Source of the DNA: Bugula neritina
Lineage: Eukaryota > Animalia > Bryozoa
Assembly: GCA_964035545.1 (NCBI GenBank)
Contig: OZ037766.1
Location: 3,100,001-3,164,000 of the forward strand
DNA: 64,000 nt
Reading direction: 5' to 3'
Both the position numbers and the translations under genes were made by a program. Numbering within the stretch: the stretch's first letter is position 1; every line of letters begins with the position of its first letter. The notes beneath the pieces are model-generated. The model did no database searches, was not told where the DNA came from, and saw only the letters and a list, made by a program, of their open reading frames with translations. Positions 60,401 to 64,000 of the stretch are shown piece after piece.

Positions 60401-63400
60401 TTGCAGTTCTGAAAATATTAAAACCACAATGCTATTAAAGCTAAATATTGAGTAATTACATTTTCGTAGATTTAATTCAGTGTATGTGCTACTGGATTGA
60501 CAATATAAAATGCAAAGTACTGAATGCTGCAATTTTTCTTCTATTAGACACAAGTTTTGGAAGAAAACCCTAAATGATAGGAGCATAATAACCCATAATC
60601 TGATAAATTTTAAATATGGCTAGAGCAAAGAAAACCTCAACATTAAACATAGTTGGTTCAGAGATTTATGCTGATTAATACAATACAAAGTGTCGCTGTA
60701 GTTGTTTGCCCATGTGGACCACGGCTAGCCTCACAAACCACCATCAACCTCACGGCAGCATGGTAAGAGTGTGTTACAAATAATAAATAAAACATAATAT
60801 GTGCACGTGTCAAGTCTTTGAGATGCTCTCTTGTGCTGCACACCACTACACAGCTTTAAATGTGCTAAATTTTGGAGTCGTGTTACTAAATTACTGGCAA
60901 AACAGAGGCAAACATTTAAACCTATAACTAGTTTACCCAAAAGAGCTATGTGACAAAAAATCATATGAAGTTTGGCACAAAACAACAATAAAATAAGCAG
61001 GCAAGTCATCAAAACAGCAAAATTATTTTTATCAATTTTCACACCTTTTTTCAGCTTTGGATCATTCTATTCACCTTCAAATACAAACAAAAACAGTAGA
61101 GCACCATTTTGCTATGAGCAGTACAACGGTACACAGCACACACCTAAGAGTTGAGAGACCTCTAAAAGCTGATGAAATACCTGAACAAATCCACCCAGAT
61201 GGTAACACATGACTATCTCTGGCACGTTACACATAAGATTGTCTAGCCAGTAGTCCAGCCCAGTCAGCACTGTGATTGGATCTCCTGTCTCCCTGGAAAC
61301 AACAATACAATACAATACTTGTGTGTCACATGATATGCTAGTGTGCTATGATATATATCTATTGCCACAATGAGCTCTAAAGGAGGGTGTACCTCAGTCT
61401 ATTACCGCAATGAGCTCTAAAGCAGACTGTACCTCAGTCTATTTCCACAATGAACTCTAAAACAGAGTGTACCTCAGTTTTTTACCACAATGAGCTCTAA
61501 AGCAGAGTGTACCTCAGTCTATTACCACACTGAGCTCTAAGACTGTACCTGAGTCTCAAGCTGACACAGGAAGAGCCGTCAGTAAATATGGGCAGGTCCG
61601 AGCCAATCAGCATCTTGATGTCTTCAAACTGCCACTCGTGAACCTGACGATACATTTCTTTGTCGTCCTGAAGAAATAGCAGAAAAGGCTGACAAGAAGT
61701 ATTCAAGGTATATACTCTAACGGTAACTTCTGCGACCAAGAATAGTATTTATAGGTAAGAGAAGTGGAAATCTGAAACCTGAGTTTAAAGTAACTTTGGC
61801 AGAGTCTTGAGTCAGTACATTGATTAAACGATTTCTGTGCACTCAATTGTATCACCAAGGAGCTAAGACATACTACGAGTAATTCACAGAATCTTCAGTT
61901 TTTTAGAACCACAAAAGATTTTTAGCAAAAAGCCTTGACAAAATAAAACCTCCTAAAGCAGTGACAACAAGCCCTAACAATTTAGCATCATACTTTCAAC
62001 AGAGTGTGAGCAAATCCACCCCCCCCCCAATTACCTACCATAAAAGCATTACAACACTCAAGTTGTATCTCTAACAAGTAAAAATATCTAATGAATGCAC
62101 TACTCAAGTATAAATGATAACAAATATAATTATTGTTGCCACCTAACTTTGTAGAACTAATTTTCACTTTAAAGTTTTCTTTTAAAATCAACAAACTTTA
62201 ATTGATACAAAACAATAACCCCAACCAAGACCTACCCAATCTGGCTGATACACTTGTTTCTATTCCAAGATAAAAACCAACCATACTACACCTAGACTTT
62301 AGAGCAACCTACCTGGGAGTCTGCTGGTGTATCGGTACCAGTATACTTGGGAGGGGAGGTGACCACCTCGTCCTGTGTTGGCACCAGGTCCTCGGGCTCC
62401 TGCTCCATTATACTGTAGTAGAGGAACTTGGAGAACATGTTCTGGTGGAGCAGCTTCTTGTGGGTCTGCTGAGACCGGTGTGGTACTCTGCTAATCTGCA
62501 GAATACACTTACTATTTAATGTGGTACTCTACTAATCTGCAGAATACACTTACTATTTAATGTGGTACTCTGCTAATCTGCAGAATACACTTTTTTTTTA
62601 ATGTGGTACTCTGCTAATCCGCAGGATACACTTACTGATGTGTAACTAGAGACTGCAGAATACACTTACTAAAATACGACACAGACTACTTAGAACAGCA
62701 CTAACAAAAGTTTACGTTAAAGCCGGTAAAGGCTTTGCACAGCAGGAGTGGATACAGAAAGAGGGGGTGCAATAGGGAGTGATCAGATGGAATGAGTACG
62801 GGTAGGTACAGCAACACAGAACACCCCAAACCTCCAAACTCTAAACCTCCAAAGCAAGATTTTACCAGAACAAAGTAATACTATAAGCCTGAACTACTGG
62901 CAGTCAACCTCTCACCTCTCCATTCAACACCATCTCTGTGTAAAACTTCTTCAGCCAACTCCAGTCATCCTTCTGCTTGCGAATCAGATGCTTGTGAATA
63001 TCAAACTCATCAATGAGGAGGGTCTTGCCCACTCGGTGAATCATTAAGCTGATTGGTTTGTCTTTAGCGAATGGTACCTCGAGTAAACTTTTTATATTCT
63101 GTAAGAAAACACAGCAGACGCTGTGAGATGCGACTGGAAAATTTTGTAATCAGTTTAGCAACAACTATTGCTTCTTTCAGCAAGGATATGCACACTTGCT
63201 TTAAATAAGATTCCAACCACTAAAGTGAAAGACTTTTGCACACTGCTCGTTTTACACCATCAATGAATGTAATATTTACTCGACATGATAATTTCATCTC
63301 ATGAAAATTGCTGCCTATGGCATAGGAAGAGCTGTTAATCTGTTGAGAATGCATAAATATTATTTCAAACTTTAGTAAAACCTGTTTACAAAAGCTTGAA

Positions 63401-63751
63401 TAACTCCATCACAAAACTGAAGTTGCAAAATTGAATGGGGTTTTTATGACATTAACCAGTTATACACCATTTCATGTTATTAACATCATTTCAAAATCAT
63501 CGTTACAGAAACTAACTATGGACAGCCTACCTTTGCATCAGAAATAACATCTATAGAGTCCACATCTTCCACCTTGGACTCGGCCATTGAGATGCTAGAC
63601 ATGTTGGATCTCTTGTTTTTGCCATACAGCGCCCTCTGTATGTACTTCTCTATTGGAGACTTTGTTCTCAACCAGTTGTGTGGTGGTATCTTCAAATCAA
63701 GGTCCGGCCCCAACCACTGAATGCTAGTGGGAATTTCTCTCAGAGGATAAT
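51468..63751 (-). CDS. EDRF1: Erythroid differentiation-related factor 1 homolog, 5'-partial (about 1098 aa in the window). Exons 63751-63531, 63098-62916, 62495-62313, 61667-61549, 61292-61181, 59952-59805, 59570-59362, 58760-58650, 58271-58068, 57581-57453, 56951-56883, 56236-56116, 55758-55558, 55312-55112, 54827-54595, 54157-53996, 53685-53539, 53181-53013, 52247-52146, 51912-51795, 51624-51468
   Basis: The spliced translation has EDRF1 blocks in order: DLKIPPHNWLR, DVISDAKNIKSLL, HRVGKTLLIDE, SKFLYYSI, WQFEDIKMLIGSDLPIF, SLRLR..PITVLTGLDYWLDNLMCNVPE, AQNILSFLRSN..GHTYWLYK, VKLYDLT..NPF, KRLGNCCNE, IWDTINFELS, KSLKYC..IHHRLAS. All 20 introns are GT-AG and phase-consistent (3299 nt). The first exon(s) lie beyond 64000. 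Some boundaries (55758 vs 55830, and 52247) are less certain. Confidence 0.9.
55314..55520 (+). repeat. 15-bp minisatellite (TATACAGTATACAGG)n filling most of an EDRF1 intron
   Basis: Visible array running into the acceptor at 55314-55313. Confidence 0.92.
58805..59122 (+). repeat. 30/33-bp minisatellite (ACATGTGCCACTACCTGCTGACACCTGTCT)n, about 10 copies, intronic
   Basis: Visible array. Unit lengths that are multiples of 3 explain the four overlapping repetitive ORFs. Confidence 0.95.
61359..61556 (+). repeat. 40-bp minisatellite, about 5 copies, overlapping an EDRF1 donor site
   Basis: Unit gtacctcagtctattaccacaatgagctctaaagcagagt. Confidence 0.92.
62479..62671 (+). repeat. 41-bp minisatellite, about 4.5 copies, overlapping an EDRF1 acceptor site
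   Basis: Unit tgtggtactctgctaatctgcagaatacacttactatttaa. Confidence 0.92.
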
Positions 63752-64000
63752 CTGTTTGAGATATATTAAAATTGATTGATTGATTTATCTATTGCATATC
63801 ACAGACATGACAACACGTTGCGAAATTCAGTGTAAATACTGGCTATATTATAAATAGGCATGAACAAAAATGAAAGAAAAAATAATAATAAAAAATGCAG
63901 ATGATGCAATTATTAGAAATATTTATTAGAATTAGAAAAGAAACCAAGTTTTCACGCAGCAAAAAGATGTTACTCTAACTCTATATAAACCAAGCCTACT

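Overview
AT-rich eukaryotic genomic DNA with spliceosomal GT-AG introns, consistent with an invertebrate animal (species not determinable from the sequence). Four protein-coding genes were reconstructed by hand with phase-consistent splice sites. (1) A single-coding-exon rhodopsin-family FMRFamide-receptor-like GPCR (1363-2445, -). (2) V-ATPase V1 subunit D (3 exons, 15387-17677, -), head-to-head with a tRNA-Ala(TGC) at 17878-17949 and carrying an M-box/CLEAR motif. (3) An MMP21-like matrix metalloproteinase (7 coding exons, 29122-39337, +, ~700 aa). (4) EDRF1 (21 exons in the window, 51468-63751, -, 5' end beyond the window). The remainder contains tRNA-derived SINE copies, a MITE, and micro- and minisatellites. 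The main observations are the tail-to-tail MMP21-EDRF1 pair, which matches the human gene order as I recall it, and a set of mutually unrelated tandem repeats anchored on or next to EDRF1 splice sites, some making decoy or alternative splice sites. Also notable are a decayed duplicate of an EDRF1 exon downstream of the gene, a multi-furin-site MMP prodomain and a uORF abutting the GPCR start. All gene identities come from recalled similarity, not database searches.
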